Assembly: GCF_028641065.1 (NCBI RefSeq)
Contig: NW_026576641.1
Coordinates: 186,001-250,000 of the forward strand
DNA length: 64,000 nucleotides
Origin: Leucoraja erinacea
Taxonomy: Eukaryota
Direction: 5' to 3'
Shown here: piece after piece, positions 39,901 through 52,473 of the stretch
How positions within the stretch are numbered: the first letter of the stretch is position 1
Layout of the letters: every line of letters begins with the position of its first letter
The notes under the pieces: model-generated
What the model was told of the DNA's origin: nothing
Seen by the model: the letters and a program-made list of their open reading frames with translations, nothing else
Database searches by the model: none
Translations under genes and position numbers: made by a program

Positions 39901-42900
39901 TTTCTGTGCTGTATGACTCTATGAGTCTGCGATAATCTACGACTATTTTATTGGGTGTGTTGATCCACAGACAGATCCCAGTATTTTGGAGACAGTTTTG
40001 CAATCGTTGGTAAATCAGATAATCCAATCTCTGAATGCCACTTTCCACGTGACCCCTCTCCAAGACAGACGTAAAGATCACCGTTTCACCTGGTTTTTAC
40101 AAAATGTTAAATGGTCAGCTTGACATAGATGACCAAACCTACACCAAACCCATACCAATTAGGAGCAGACGAGGGCATTCGATCCAATTTGAGATTCCAG
40201 CTACCAAGACAGATGTGTACAGCAATTCGTTCTTCCCCCGCACAATTAAAGCATGGAATAATCTTCACCCTACCATAGTTACTCAATCAGACGCAACAAA
40301 ATTTAAGATCACTCTTTTTCTCCAAGGACCCTTTCTTGCTTAAGTCCACCCTCCGCCACCTCCAGTTTAAATTCCATTTTGAATATTTCTGAAGGTCTAG
40401 GAAATCAAGAACTAACATCCTGTTTAGTCGTGCGCTTACCCGGCCAAATGGAGTCTATCATTTGCTTCCAGACGGTGTACTGCAATGGCCCTTTGAACAG
40501 TCCCAGAGGAAGATTGTCACCCGTTATAATCCGAAGATTGTCTTCGCTAAAGATGCAAAATGAAACAGTTGAGATTAGAAAATTGGCATTACACAGTGGC
40601 ATTCATCTGGAGAGCACGGGGTTTCTATGGAAAAACATGGCCTACCTCTTCTTCTGGCACGCTTCTTCCTAAAAGTGAAACAGAAGAGATGTCTGAGGTG
40701 ACACAAATTCATTTCACTGCGTGTGATGTGTATGTGACGAATTAAAATGTGGGGAAAGGACCTGTCCCACTTGGCCGTCATTTGCGCGTAAATTACGCGA
40801 CATCATTTGCGCGTCACGACGCGCGACGCGCGCGACGTGACACGCACGTGATGCGCGCATGGTGCGCATTACGCGCGCATGGTGCGCGATGATGTGGGCA
40901 GTGACGCGCGGCCGCGCAGGATTTTGTAATGTACAAAATCCTCGTGCGCCATTGCGTGACGAGCAAATGACGGCCAAGTGGGACAGGCCCTTGCCTTGCA
41001 AGAAAGGTGCCGCAACAGGGCAATCACTGATTATCAAATGCACTAGCAGACCAGGGGCGCAATCCGCACAACATTCTTCTTCATGAATACCTCATGGGAA
41101 TAGGGGACCTCTTCCTAAATTTTGAGGAAGAGTTACGTTTTAAGGCAATTAAAACTGCTAACTATCTATCGCCCCACGGGTCAATTGTAACTGCCAAGTA
41201 CAACGCTCCGGCACAAAAAGTGCAGGGGAATCGATGGGCAGAATGGCTTTCTTCCGTCCCTTCAGAATTATGCAAAGGTTGACCACAATGACATGGTCAA
41301 CTTGGAGAAGGTGGGCCGAATGGCCCGTTTCGGTGTATACAGCTCTTTGACTCTAGGATTCTGAACGACCCTTGCAAAGACCCACGCACCTCCAGGAAAT
41401 TCAGTATCTCCCTCCGATCCATTGTCGAATGGAGTTTTGAGAGCTTCAGTTGAACAGAGTCCAGGCTCTCCTGGATCTCCTCGAAGTTCTTCTCCATCGT
41501 CTCCGAAATGTTCTCCTCGTGGCCCTTCAGCTCCTGAATTAAACTATCCTCCTTCCTCTCCAGGAAACTATGCATCTTGGCGAACTCCGAGGAAATGAGA
41601 CCCTGTAGATTGGTGGCCTTTTCCTGGAGTCGAACAAAAACAAAGAAAAGAAAAAAACAGAAGTCTCGTGTCCTACCAACCGAAAGGGTCTGGGGACACA
41701 TCAGACTGCAGATGCTGGAATCTTGAGCAAAACACAAAGTGCTGGGGTAATTCTGCGGGTCAGGCAGCATAGAAACATAGACACATAGGAAATAGGTGCA
41801 GGAGGAGGCCATTTGGCCCTTCGAGCCAGCACCGCCATTCATTGTGATCATGGCTGATCATGCACTATCAATAACCCGTGCCTGCCTTCGCCCCATATCC
41901 CTTGATTCTGCTAGCCCCCTAGAGCTCTATCTAACTCTTTTTTTCAATTCATCCAGTGAATTGGCCTCCACTGCCCTCTGTGGCAGGGAATTCCACAAAT
42001 TCCACAATTTCACAAATCTCTGGATGAAAAAGTATTTTCTCATCTCACTTCGTTATCGGGAACATTTTCCCTGCATCTAGCTTGTCTAGTCTATTTTTAA
42101 TTGTATACGTTTCTATAAGGTATATCATCCTTTTAAATCCCAGTGAATACAAGCCCAGTCCTTCCAATCTCTCCTTGTATGACAGTCCCGCCAACCCGGG
42201 GATTAATCTCGTGAACGTGGGGGGGGGGGGGGGGGGGGGGGGGGATGAACAGTGATCAGTGTGCCAGAGTACTTACCCCGATTTCAGAAAAGCTCTCCTT
42301 CTCCCTCAGTTTGGTTTCCAGAACGGTCATCTTCTGCCTCAGCATGTCCAATGAGGACTTCAGTTTATCCTGGTATGGGGATAAAAGTTTGTCAGAGACA
42401 CTTAAGGGAGCAGATAATGTGCCAATTGACAGGATTTGGACCTGACCGCTTAAAAAGGGGGTAGCGGACTCTCCAACCATTGTATCCTTACCCCCCCCCC
42501 CCCATCCCACCCCGACCTGTTGACCATCAGAATGTAGGGTGAGGGTGGGGGGAAGTAGTAGAACAGACAGCTACAAGGCTATTCTAAAGAGAGAGTCACA
42601 GAATGAGTAGGAAGGAACTGCAGATGCTGGTTTACACCGAAGATAGACACAAAATGCCGGAGTAACTCAGCGGGACAGGCAGCATCTCTGGATAGGAATG
42701 GGTGACGTTTCGGGTCGAGGCCCTTCTTCAGACTGAGAGTCCTATCTCCAGCTTCCTTGCTTCCGCGCCCCCTTTGAAGTCTCGTTTTCACACTTTACTT
42801 TTCCAAGTCGCCATGTCTCCCTCTCCCCCCCGACTCTCAGTCTGAAGAAGGGTCCCGTCCAGAAACGTCACCCATTCCTTCTCTCGAGAGAAGCTGCCTG

Positions 42901-45900
42901 TCCCACTGAGTTTCTCCAGCGTTTTGTGTCTACCTGTAGACAGAGCCATACAGGCCCTTGAGCTTAAGGATGTGCTTCAGGGTGTAAATCCCCACGTAGT
43001 CTATTGAGTGGAGAGTTAATACTGCAGGTGCCCACATGTCTGACAAATAGGTCGATATGGCTCCGATATATGAGTTGGACTCCTATTTACCCGACCGTCT
43101 CCATATGTCCTGGCCAGAGGATTTGCGTTAGTCTCATTAGTTCATGTGCATGAGTTAAAGGAGCAGAGTTGCGCCCTTCGGCCCATCGTGTCCACTCCGC
43201 CATTCATTCATGGCGAGACATATTTCTCTCTGAATCCCATTCTCCCCCTTCTCCCCGTAACATTCGACACGCTTACAAATCAAGAACCTACCCGCTTTGA
43301 AAATACACAAAGTTACAGAAAAAGGTTGAACAAGTTAGGTCTTTATTTTTTGGAGCGCGGAAGGTTAAGGGGGGACTTGATAAAGGTCTGTAAAATGATG
43401 AGAGGGATAGACAGAGGTGACGTGGATAAGCTTTTCCCTTTGAGAGTAGGGAAGATTCAAACAAGAGGACATGACTTGAGAATAAAGGAGCAGAAGTTTA
43501 GGGGTAACATGAGGGGGAACTTCTTTACTCAGAGAGTGGTAGCTGTGCGGAATGAGCTTCCAGTGGAGGTGGTGGAGGCAGGTTCGATTTTATCATTTAA
43601 AAATAAATTGGATAGTTATATGGACGGGAAAGGAATGGAGGGTTATGGTCTGAGTGCAGGTAGATGGGACTAGGGGAGGCCGAGATGGGCCTGGAAGGGC
43701 CGAGATTGCCTGTTTCCGTGCTGTAATTGTTATATGGTTTTATGTTATATGGTTATATGGTTGGGGCAGCATCTATGGAGCGAAGGAATAGGTGACGTTT
43801 CGGTTCTTCAGACTTGCCTGTGCGTGATTATTATTTTCACATCAAAATTAGAGACGGCTGGAAATAAAAGGCTAGGATCGGGTCTCGTTTTACTGTGGAC
43901 GTCTATGGTAAATGCTCTAACATACACCGATAAAAGTTGACTTTGATGGCCAATCCAAGTTAAAATTGCAATTGGAACTGTTCACATTGAGTCGGGAAAA
44001 GGGATGGGGGGTGGGGGTCCATGGGTACCCGACACAACTATATCTGATGAATAGTCTCCCTTATCATCGACTCCATCTACTGTTCACGCTGCCTCGGGAG
44101 AGCAGCTATCTTAATTTCACCATCTTTTTTTTTAACCCCTTTGTTTCTTTTTCTCCGCCTTTCGATCGGCCAAATTGACTATTTTGAGGAAGGACATTCT
44201 TGCTATTGAGTGAGTGCAGCGTAGGTTCACCAGGTTAATTCCCGTGATGGCGGGACTGTCATATGTTGAGAGAATGGAGCGGCTGGGCTTGTACACTCTG
44301 GAGTTTAGAAGGATGAGAGGAGATCTCATTGAAACATATAGGATTGTTAAGGGTTTGGACACGTTAGAGACTGGAAACATGTTCCCGATGTTGGGGGAGT
44401 CCAGAACCAGGGTGCTGTCTGTATGGAGTTTGCACGTTCTCCCCGTGACCTGCGTGGTGTTTCTCCGAGATCTTCGGTTTCCTCCCACACTCTAAAGACG
44501 TACAGGTTTGTAGATTAATTGGCTTGGTTAAAACAAAGTATAATTGTCCAAGTTGGCGATATGCGGAGTACTGCCCTGCCGACTACAACTTTCAGAAGGT
44601 TCAGAAGGATATGGGGAGAAGGCAGGAACGGGGTACTGATTGGGGATGATCAGCCATGATCACATTGAATGGCGGTGCTGGCTCGAAGGGCCGAATGGCC
44701 TACTCCTGCCCCTATTGTCTATTGTCTAAAGCATGAATGCATTTCCCACCAGATTCAGGAACAGACCGTGGGATTATTCTCTGTGGATATGCACCAGCCC
44801 TCGGTCCTACGGGCTTTGGTTTCAAGACCCGGACGACACAAGTCAAAAACTAGGGGATAAGTATTTAAGGTGAGCGGGGAAAGATATAATCGGAAACTGA
44901 GCGACAACTTGTTCACACAGAGGATGGTGGATATATAGAAGGAGCTATCGGGGAGGTAGTTGAGGCATAAGCTATAACAATATTTAAAATACATTTCCAC
45001 AGGTACATGGATATGAACATTTAGAGGGATATGGCCAAATGCGGGCAGGTGGGAGAGTGTAGATAGGGCGTCTTGGTCAACATGGGCGACCTAGGCCGAA
45101 GGGCCTGTTTCCATGCTGTGTGACTTCGTGAATCTGTGATTCAAGCATCCATGTGTAAAGTTCCATGTTCTAACATATTTATGATGTGGACCTTGTTAAA
45201 CCTCTGCGAGGCGAGAATGAGTGGATTTCTCGATACTTTAGTGCTCAGAGAGGAACGACTATCTCACAAGACATTTGCAAGATTCACCGCGCAAGTTAAT
45301 GATACTGGGTCGGATATTTGATGAGACACCACGAATGATTGAAGAACGGGCGACAGGTTTCAGATCGCGCAAAGCAGAAAGTAAATCATGTCCTGAGCGA
45401 ATGAATAGGTGACGTTTCGGGTCGAGACCCCTCTTCGTTCTGACGAAGTGTCTCGACCCGAAACCTCGCCCATTCCTTCGCTCCATAGATGCTGCCTCGC
45501 CCGCTGAGTTTCTCCAGCATTTTTGTCTACCTTCGATTTTTCAGGCATCTGCAGTTCCTTCTTAAACATTTTATCCCTGTTTGCTACGTTGATCTAATGA
45601 TCTATTCTGCATTTTCCTTGCTCTCCATCTCCTTTGATGTCTCGATTTCACACCTTACTCTTCCTTATCTCTCTCCACTGACTCTCAGCCTGGAGAAGCG
45701 CCTCGATCCGAAAAGTCGCCCACTCTTTCTATCCAGAGATGCTGCCTGCCCCGCCGAGTTACTCCAGCGCTCTGTGCCTTTATCCAAGAACGACCCGGAA
45801 TGAAAAAAGCATGCTGCCCCTCACACTCACCTTGTATTTCTCCACAGCTTCGTGGATGAGCATGAAGTCATGCTGCTTGTGGCTGCCGCCCGCTCTCCCG

Positions 45901-46358
45901 TCCAAACACATCACACAGATCAGCTCCCTGTCCGTCTCACAGAAGAGTTTCAGCTCCTCCTTGTGCTCCTTGCAGTACAGTTTGGGCGCCGCTTGTCTCG
46001 GCCGAGCGGGTGGACCCTCTTCGCCCTCCTGCCTGACCGGGGCCAGGTTGAGAGTACGGGCAGTGTCGGCCAGGTGGCCCAGCGCCCGGTTAGCCCTCAC
46101 GCTGTTGTCCCCGATCACAGTCCCGCACTGGGGACACGAGTTGGCCTCGCCGCCCTCGCAGTACACCTGGAGACATGCCTGGCAGAAATTGTGGCCGCAG
46201 TCCAGAATGACCGGCTGGTCGAACAGCTCGATGCAGATAGGACAGTTCAAGTATTCGGCCAAACTCCCCGCCTGTTCCTTGAACGCTGTGTTCAGCCGTA
46301 CCTTGTGTGGTTTGTCCCCCTCTTCACCCTCGTCCTGCCGCCCCGGTGTCGTGTCCAT
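36330..46358 (-). CDS. TRIM-C: TRIM69-like RING/B-box/coiled-coil/B30.2 protein, 532 aa. Exons 46358-45831, 42369-42277, 41623-41390, 40668-40646, 40546-40440, 36943-36330
   Basis: GT-AG introns; exon sizes 528/93/234/23/107/614, total 1599 nt, open frame. The [20 protein letters not shown] linker and N-terminal extension resemble TRIM69/NF7. Confidence 0.88.
36995..37595 (+). mobile_element. CR1 LINE 3' fragment in TRIM-C intron 5
   Basis: RPHLEYC...[10 protein letters not shown]. Confidence 0.82.
39215..39345. repeat. Minisatellite GGTCTATAGCACCTGCCCACT(GCCCACT), about 5 copies
   Basis: Direct tandem repeats visible in the sequence. Confidence 0.85.
40070..40410 (+). mobile_element. LINE 3' fragment
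   Basis: YKMLNG...[16 protein letters not shown]. Confidence 0.6.
40440..40546 (-). CDS. TRIM-C exon 5 (107 nt)
   Basis: TTTAG|C...G|GTAAGC; [24 protein letters not shown]. Confidence 0.85.
40646..40668 (-). CDS. TRIM-C exon 4 (23-nt microexon)
   Basis: TTTTAG|GAAGAAGCGTGCCAGAAGAAGAG|GTAGGC. Confidence 0.82.
40758..40990. mobile_element. PIF/Harbinger-like MITE, CpG-rich
   Basis: TIR GG(A/G)CCTGTCCCACTTGGCCGTCATTTGC at both ends. Confidence 0.75.
41390..41623 (-). CDS. TRIM-C exon 3 (234 nt)
   Basis: CAG|GAA...GAG|GTGCGT; [23 protein letters not shown]. Confidence 0.88.
42277..42369 (-). CDS. TRIM-C exon 2 (93 nt)
   Basis: CAG|GAT...GGG|GTAAGT; [31 protein letters not shown]. Confidence 0.85.
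45831..46358 (-). CDS. TRIM-C exon 1: RING and B-box2
   Basis: [24 protein letters not shown]...CPQC; [15 protein letters not shown]; donor AAG|GTGAGT. Confidence 0.92.
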
Positions 46359-48879
46359 GTTTATCCCCCAACCTGGCCCGGGCAAGTCTCCTTCAGCAGC
46401 CGAATCGCCAATACTCTGGCAGGGTAGAGACCAAATGAACGGGGCATCTTTCTGGGAGATCTTCCCCTCCCAACATGCTCACCATTGGTTGACAAGAAAC
46501 ATTGCCCAATCATAACATTGATTTCGTTGATACATTTTATATCCGCGATTGTGGGCTTCCGGGACAATAGACAATAGACAATTGGTGACGGAGTAGGCCC
46601 TTCGGCCCCACCATTCAATGTGATCATGGAAAAAGTGTTTTCTCATCTCCGTTCTAAATGGCTTACCCCTTATTCTTAAACTGTGTGGCCCCTGGTTCTG
46701 GACTCCCCCAACCTCAGAGGGCGATGGAGGCCGGTTCTCGGAATACTTTCAAGAGAGTGCTAGGTAGGTCTATTATAGATAGCGGGCTGCGGGGAGAAGG
46801 CAGAAAAGGGGTACTGATTGTGGATGGCATAAGATTGGTATGGGATTGGACACACTAAATGCAGGAAACATGTTCCCGATGTTGGGGGAGTCCAGAACCA
46901 GGGGCCACACACAGTTTAAGAATAAGGGGTCAGCCATTTAGAACGGAGACGAGGATACACTTTTTCTCACAGAGAGTTGTGAGTCTGTGGAATTCTCTGC
47001 CTCGGGGGGCGGTGGAGGCCGGTTCTCTGGATACTTTCAAGAGAAAGCTAGATAGGGCTCTTAAAGATAGCGGAGATATGGGGAGAAGGCAGGAACGGGG
47101 TACTGATTGGGGACGATCAGCCATGATCACATTGAATGGCGGTGCTGGCTCGAAGGGCCGAATGGCCTCCTCCTGCACGTATTGTCTATTGTCTATTGTC
47201 TATTGTCTATTGTCACAGAGTCACGGTCATAACGTCATGCGTGACAGACAATAGATAATAGACAATAAACAATAGGTGCAGGAGTAGGACATTCGGCCCT
47301 TCCAGCCAGCACCGCCATTCAATGTGATCATGGCTGATCGTCCCCAATCAGTACCCCGTTCCTGCCTTCTCCCTATATCCCCTGACTCCGCTATATTTAA
47401 TACCCTATCCAGCTCTCTCTTGAAAAGAGAATAACTAAGTCATTCGGCCCATCAAGTCTACTCCGCCGTTCTATAATGGATGATCTATCTCTCATTCCTA
47501 AGCCCATTTTCCTGCGTTTTCCCTTAACCCCTGACACCCGTCCTAATCGAGAATCTATCTATCTCTGCCTTCAAAACATCAATTGACTTGGCAGCCTCCC
47601 GTGACTAAGAATTCACCACCCTCTGACTAACGACATTTCTCCTCATCTCCTGCCAGACGAAACGTCCTTTAACTCTGCAGCTATGACCACTAGTCCTGGA
47701 CTCTCCCACTAGTAGAAACATCCTCTCCACACCTACTCTATCGAATCTATCGAATGAATGAATGAATGAATGAATGAATAGGTTTATTGGCCAAGTACTC
47801 GCATACAAGGAATTTGCCTTGGTGCTCCGCCCGCAAGTGACAACAACGTAGAGTGACAGTTAGGTACCCTGAGCATCCAACCTGAGCATGCACGAACAGT
47901 CTGGGTGAGGGAGGCGATGGGAGTCAAGATTTACAAGATTTACAAGGTTAAATCCCGAGATGGCGGGACTGTCATGTGTTGATAGAATGGAGCGGCTGGG
48001 CTTGTACACTCTGGAGTTTAAAAGGTTGAGAGGGGATCGTATTGAAACATATAAGATTGTTAAGGGTTTGGACACACTTGAGGCAGGAAACATGTTCCTG
48101 ATGTCGGGCGAGTCCAGAACCAGGGGCCACACAGTTTAAGAATAAAGGGGAGGCCATTTAAGACTGAGGTGAGAAAAAAACTTTTTCACCCAGAGAGTTG
48201 TGAATTTGCCACAGAGGGCAGTGGAGGCCAAGTCACTGGATGGATTTAAGAGAAAGTTAGATAGAGCTCTAATGGCTAGTGGAATCAAGGGATATGGGGA
48301 GAAGGCAGGCACGGGTTATTGATTGGGGCCGATCAGCCATGATCGCAATGAATCGAAGGGCCGAATGGCCTCCTGCATCTATTGTCTATTGTCTATTGAG
48401 TCGCTCTCTACGAATTATGAGCGGAGTCAGGTTTATTACTCCGCATGGGGTGAATATGCCATTCTAGCATATGCGGCAAAGTGTCGCTCCTAACACCCCA
48501 AGTGTCCCGGGGTATAAGCAGCGAACATCGCTCTGCAGACTACCCACATTCGAGTGGACGGTAGCTCTGATAGCCATTGTACCGGGATGCCTGTTTCAGC
48601 TTCTGTGTCAGTTCGCGGTCAGCTTGTTATTCAGTCAGCCTTATAAACACGAGCGGCCTTTGGACTTGGATTTTACTTTAAACCGACGGGTTGCAGGATA
48701 CTCGGCTTATCAACTGTGTGCATTTCAACCATGACCCCGGAGCGGGTCAAAGCCAGATGGAAGCTCAAGTGGCCTTGAGGCTGTGTTATGCCAGCGCCCA
48801 GTAGATTCTGTGTTTCACTGCGATTTTTCAATTGCACTGCCTCTTGCCGGCAGTCAGGTTTTGTTTTTACATTTCAGGC

Positions 48880-49552
48880 AGATACAGCGGGCAGTGAAGA
48901 AAGCTAATGGAATGTTGGCCTTCATAACAAGATGATTTCAGTATAGGAGTAAAGAGGTTCTTCTGCAGTTGTACAGGGCTCTGGTGAGACCACATCTGGA
49001 GTATTGTGTACAGTTTTGGTCTCCTAATTTGAGGAAGGACAGATCCTTGTGATTGAGACAGTGCAGCGTAGGTTCACGAGATTGATCCCTGGGATGGCGG
49101 GACTGTCATATGAGGAAAGATTGAAAAGACTGGGCTTGTATTCACTGGAGTTTAGAAGAATGAGGGGGGAATCTTATTGAAACATGTCAAATTATAAAAG
49201 GACTGGACAAGCTAGATGCAGGAACAATGTTCCCAATGTTGGACGAGTCCAGAACCAGGGGCCACAGTCTTAGAATAAAGGAGAGGTTTTTTAAGACTGA
49301 GGTGAGAAAAAAACATTTTCACCCAGAGCGTTGTGAATTTGTGAAATTCCCTGCCACAGAGGGCAGTGGAGGCCAAATCACTGGATGGATTTAAGAGAGA
49401 GTTAGATAGAGCTCTAGGGGCTAGTGGAGTCAAGGGGTATGGGGAGAAGGCAGGCACGGGTTATTGATTGGGGACGATCAGCCATGATCACAATGAATGA
49501 CGGTGCTGACTCGAATGGCCTCCTCCTGCACCTATTTTCTATGTTTCTATGT
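48880..49552 (+). mobile_element. CR1 LINE 3' fragment
   Basis: KKANGMLAF...RPHLEYC followed by the CR1 tail. Many further CR1 pieces lie between 27900 and 56700 and are not listed individually. Confidence 0.82.
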
Positions 49553-52436
49553 TAAAATGCTGGAGTAACTAGGCGGATGAGGCAGAACGTATGGAGAGAA
49601 GGAAAAGGTGACGTTTCGGGTCGAGACCCTTCTTCAGACTTTCTTCTTCAGACAAGGCCAACTGTCACAGCCCTGCCATAATTGCCCTTGAGAAGGCCAA
49701 GTGTTGCAGTGCGCCTCACACCACTTTCTCGGCCAGTTCAGAGCTCCATGTTTGCCACTGGTCTAGAGTCACATCCAAGCGTGGGTAAGAATGGCAGGTT
49801 GTTAAATGATCCGAAACGTTGCTTATCCGTTCCCTCCACAGGTCGACACAAACAACTGGAGTAACTCAGTGGGTCAGACAGATTATTTGGAGAAAAGGAA
49901 ACAGGTGACGTTTTTGGTAGAGACCCCCCCCCCCCCCCCCCCCCCCCCCTCCCCGCCGCCCAGTTATTTCCCGGGACTGTCGTATATGCTGAGAGAATGG
50001 AACGGCTGGGCTTGTATACGCTGGAGTTTAGAAGGATGAGAGGGATTCTTATTGAAACATAAAGATTATTAAGAGTTTGCACACGCTAGAGGCAGGAAAC
50101 GTGTTCCCGATGTTGGGGGAGTCCAGAACCAGGGGCCACACACAGTTTAAGAATAAGGGGTAAGCCATTTTGAACGGAGACGAGGAAACACTTTTTTTCA
50201 CCCAGAGAGTTGTGAGTCTGTGGAATTCTCTGCCTCAGAGGGCGGTGAAGGCCGGTTCTCTGGATACTTTCAAGAGAGAGCTAGATAGGGCTCTTAAGGA
50301 TAGCGGAGTCAGGGGATATGTGGATATGAAGGCAGGAACGGGGTACTGATTGGGGATGATCAGCCATGACCACATTGAATGGCGGTGCTGGCTCGAAGGG
50401 CCGAATGGCCTAGTCCTGCACCTATTGTCTATTGTCTATTGTCTATTGTCTCAGGGCACATTTAGAGAGGGGATCTTTTATGAACCATAAAAGATTATCA
50501 AGGGTTTGGACACGCTAGAGGCAGGAAACATGTTCCCGAAGTTGAGGGGAGCCCAGAACTAGTGGCCACCGTTTATAACCATATAACAATTACAGCACGG
50601 AAACAGGCCACCTCGGCCCTTCTAGTCCGTGCCGAACACTTACTCTCAAGTAGTCCCATCTACCTGCACTCAGACCATAACCCTCCATTCCTTTCCCGTC
50701 CATATACCTATCTTTAAGAATAAGGGGTAGGCCATTCAGAACGGAGATGTGGGTGCAGCTCCATGCGTCTCCGTGCAGTTCCGGTCATCTCCGTTCTAAA
50801 TGGCTTACCCCTTATTCATAAACTGGGGCTCCTGGTTCTGGACACCCCCAACATCGGGAACACGTTTCCTGCCTCTAGTGTGTCCAAGTGTGAGATGTTG
50901 CTCTTTAGGAGATTGAATGTTAGGGGAAGTAATACCCTTATCGGTAAGACCATTAACAGCGTTGATCTGTACAGGGACCCAGTTCAGAGTTTGCCGCATG
51001 TGACAGCACAAATATATAGGGTGGTAAATACGGTATGCTTGCCTTCCTTGCTAGGGCCATGGAATATTGAGTAAGGGAGTTATGATGCAGTTCTATGCGT
51101 CTTTAGTTTGGTCCACATCTGGTGCATTGCGTGCAGATCTGGTCATCTCATTACAGGAAAGACGTAGAGGCTTTGGAGAACGCACAGTTAATCAGAATGC
51201 TACCTGGATTGGTGGATCTCAGACACATGGAGAGTTTGGATACACTTGTATTCTTTCCTCTGGAGCGGCCCAGGTTGAGGATTGACTCGGCACAGACCTT
51301 GTTCTGTGCTGCACTGTTCAATGTTCTACGCTCTAATTTCCCCAGCAAATGATCCTCACCTTCCCTGACGGGATTCGTCTGAGAGCTGGCACCGACTCGA
51401 TGGGCTGAATGCACTCTTGGCAACTCGTGAGTAAATATGAGACGGAGACTTCAGACACGGTGCACGGTGCAGCTGAATGTCGGTGTCAGCGTTGCTTTCA
51501 TTGCCATTTCACAATGGCTGGGGTGAACCCGAGTTCATATCCAAAGGGGCTTACTCAGTAACACAGGGCTCAGTGAAACACGAAGGAACTCTGATCGTAC
51601 ACTACACGTGTCGCCTCAACCTCACCTGTAAGACCTGGCGCTATCTCTGCAAGTTCAGAAGCCGACAAACTTTGCAAATCTTTAATGAGATATTCAGCCT
51701 TCAGACATCTATTGCATTAAGCTGATTGCGTCAATCCATTTGCTTTCCTCCATATTTCCTGTGCAAGTCAAGTGATGTAGGGAGAAGGCCGGAACGGGGT
51801 ACTAATTGGGTGCCAGGCACCACAGTTTAAGAATAAGGAGTAAGCAATTGAGAACGGAGACGAGGAAACGCTTTTTCTCACAGAGAGTTGTGAGTCTGTG
51901 GAATTCTCTGCGTCGGGGGGCGATGGAGGCCGGTGCGCTGGATACTTTCAAGAGAGAACTAGATAGGGCTCTGAAAGATAGCGGAGTCAGGGGATTATGG
52001 GGAGAAGGCAGGAACGGGTACTGATTGGGGATGATCAGCCATGATCACATTGAATGGTGGTGCTGGCTCGAAGGGCCGAATGGCCTCCTCCTGCACCTAT
52101 TGTCTATTGTCTATTGTTTACTTCTTTGCGACGTTAAAAAGGGGCGTGGGTCAATGTGCTCGTTGCCTGAATGAATGAGACTTGTGCAGCAAAAAAATGT
52201 AACATTGGGGTGTCCTGGCCCAATTAATAAGTTAGCCATTAATTTGTACATTGGACTCTTGCCAGGAGCAGATAGTCTCCACAGTGCGCAAGTCGGGATT
52301 CAATCAACTCCCGTCCTCTTGGATCTAAGCCTCTTGCCTCTGAGAATTGGTCCGACCCGTTTGAGTGCCCGGTTCCCTGCTCGCCCGGGACCCCAGAAGC
52401 CCCGACATCCTCCAGCCGGGTGGCGGCGCTCAGAAG

Positions 52437-52473
52437 ATGTGGTGCCTCTTGATGCCGTTCCTTGTTTTTCCAG
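52437..52473 (+). CDS. Ig-like gene leader (signal peptide) exon, MWCLLMPFLVFP(G)
   Basis: AAGATGT start context, hydrophobic 12-residue peptide, phase-1 donor CAG|GTATGG; joins the V exon in frame to give MWCLLMPFLVFPGLART-DD. Confidence 0.75.

Noticed and set aside
45739-46515. 258-aa plus-strand ORF
   Set aside because: Antisense shadow of the GC-rich TRIM-C exon 1
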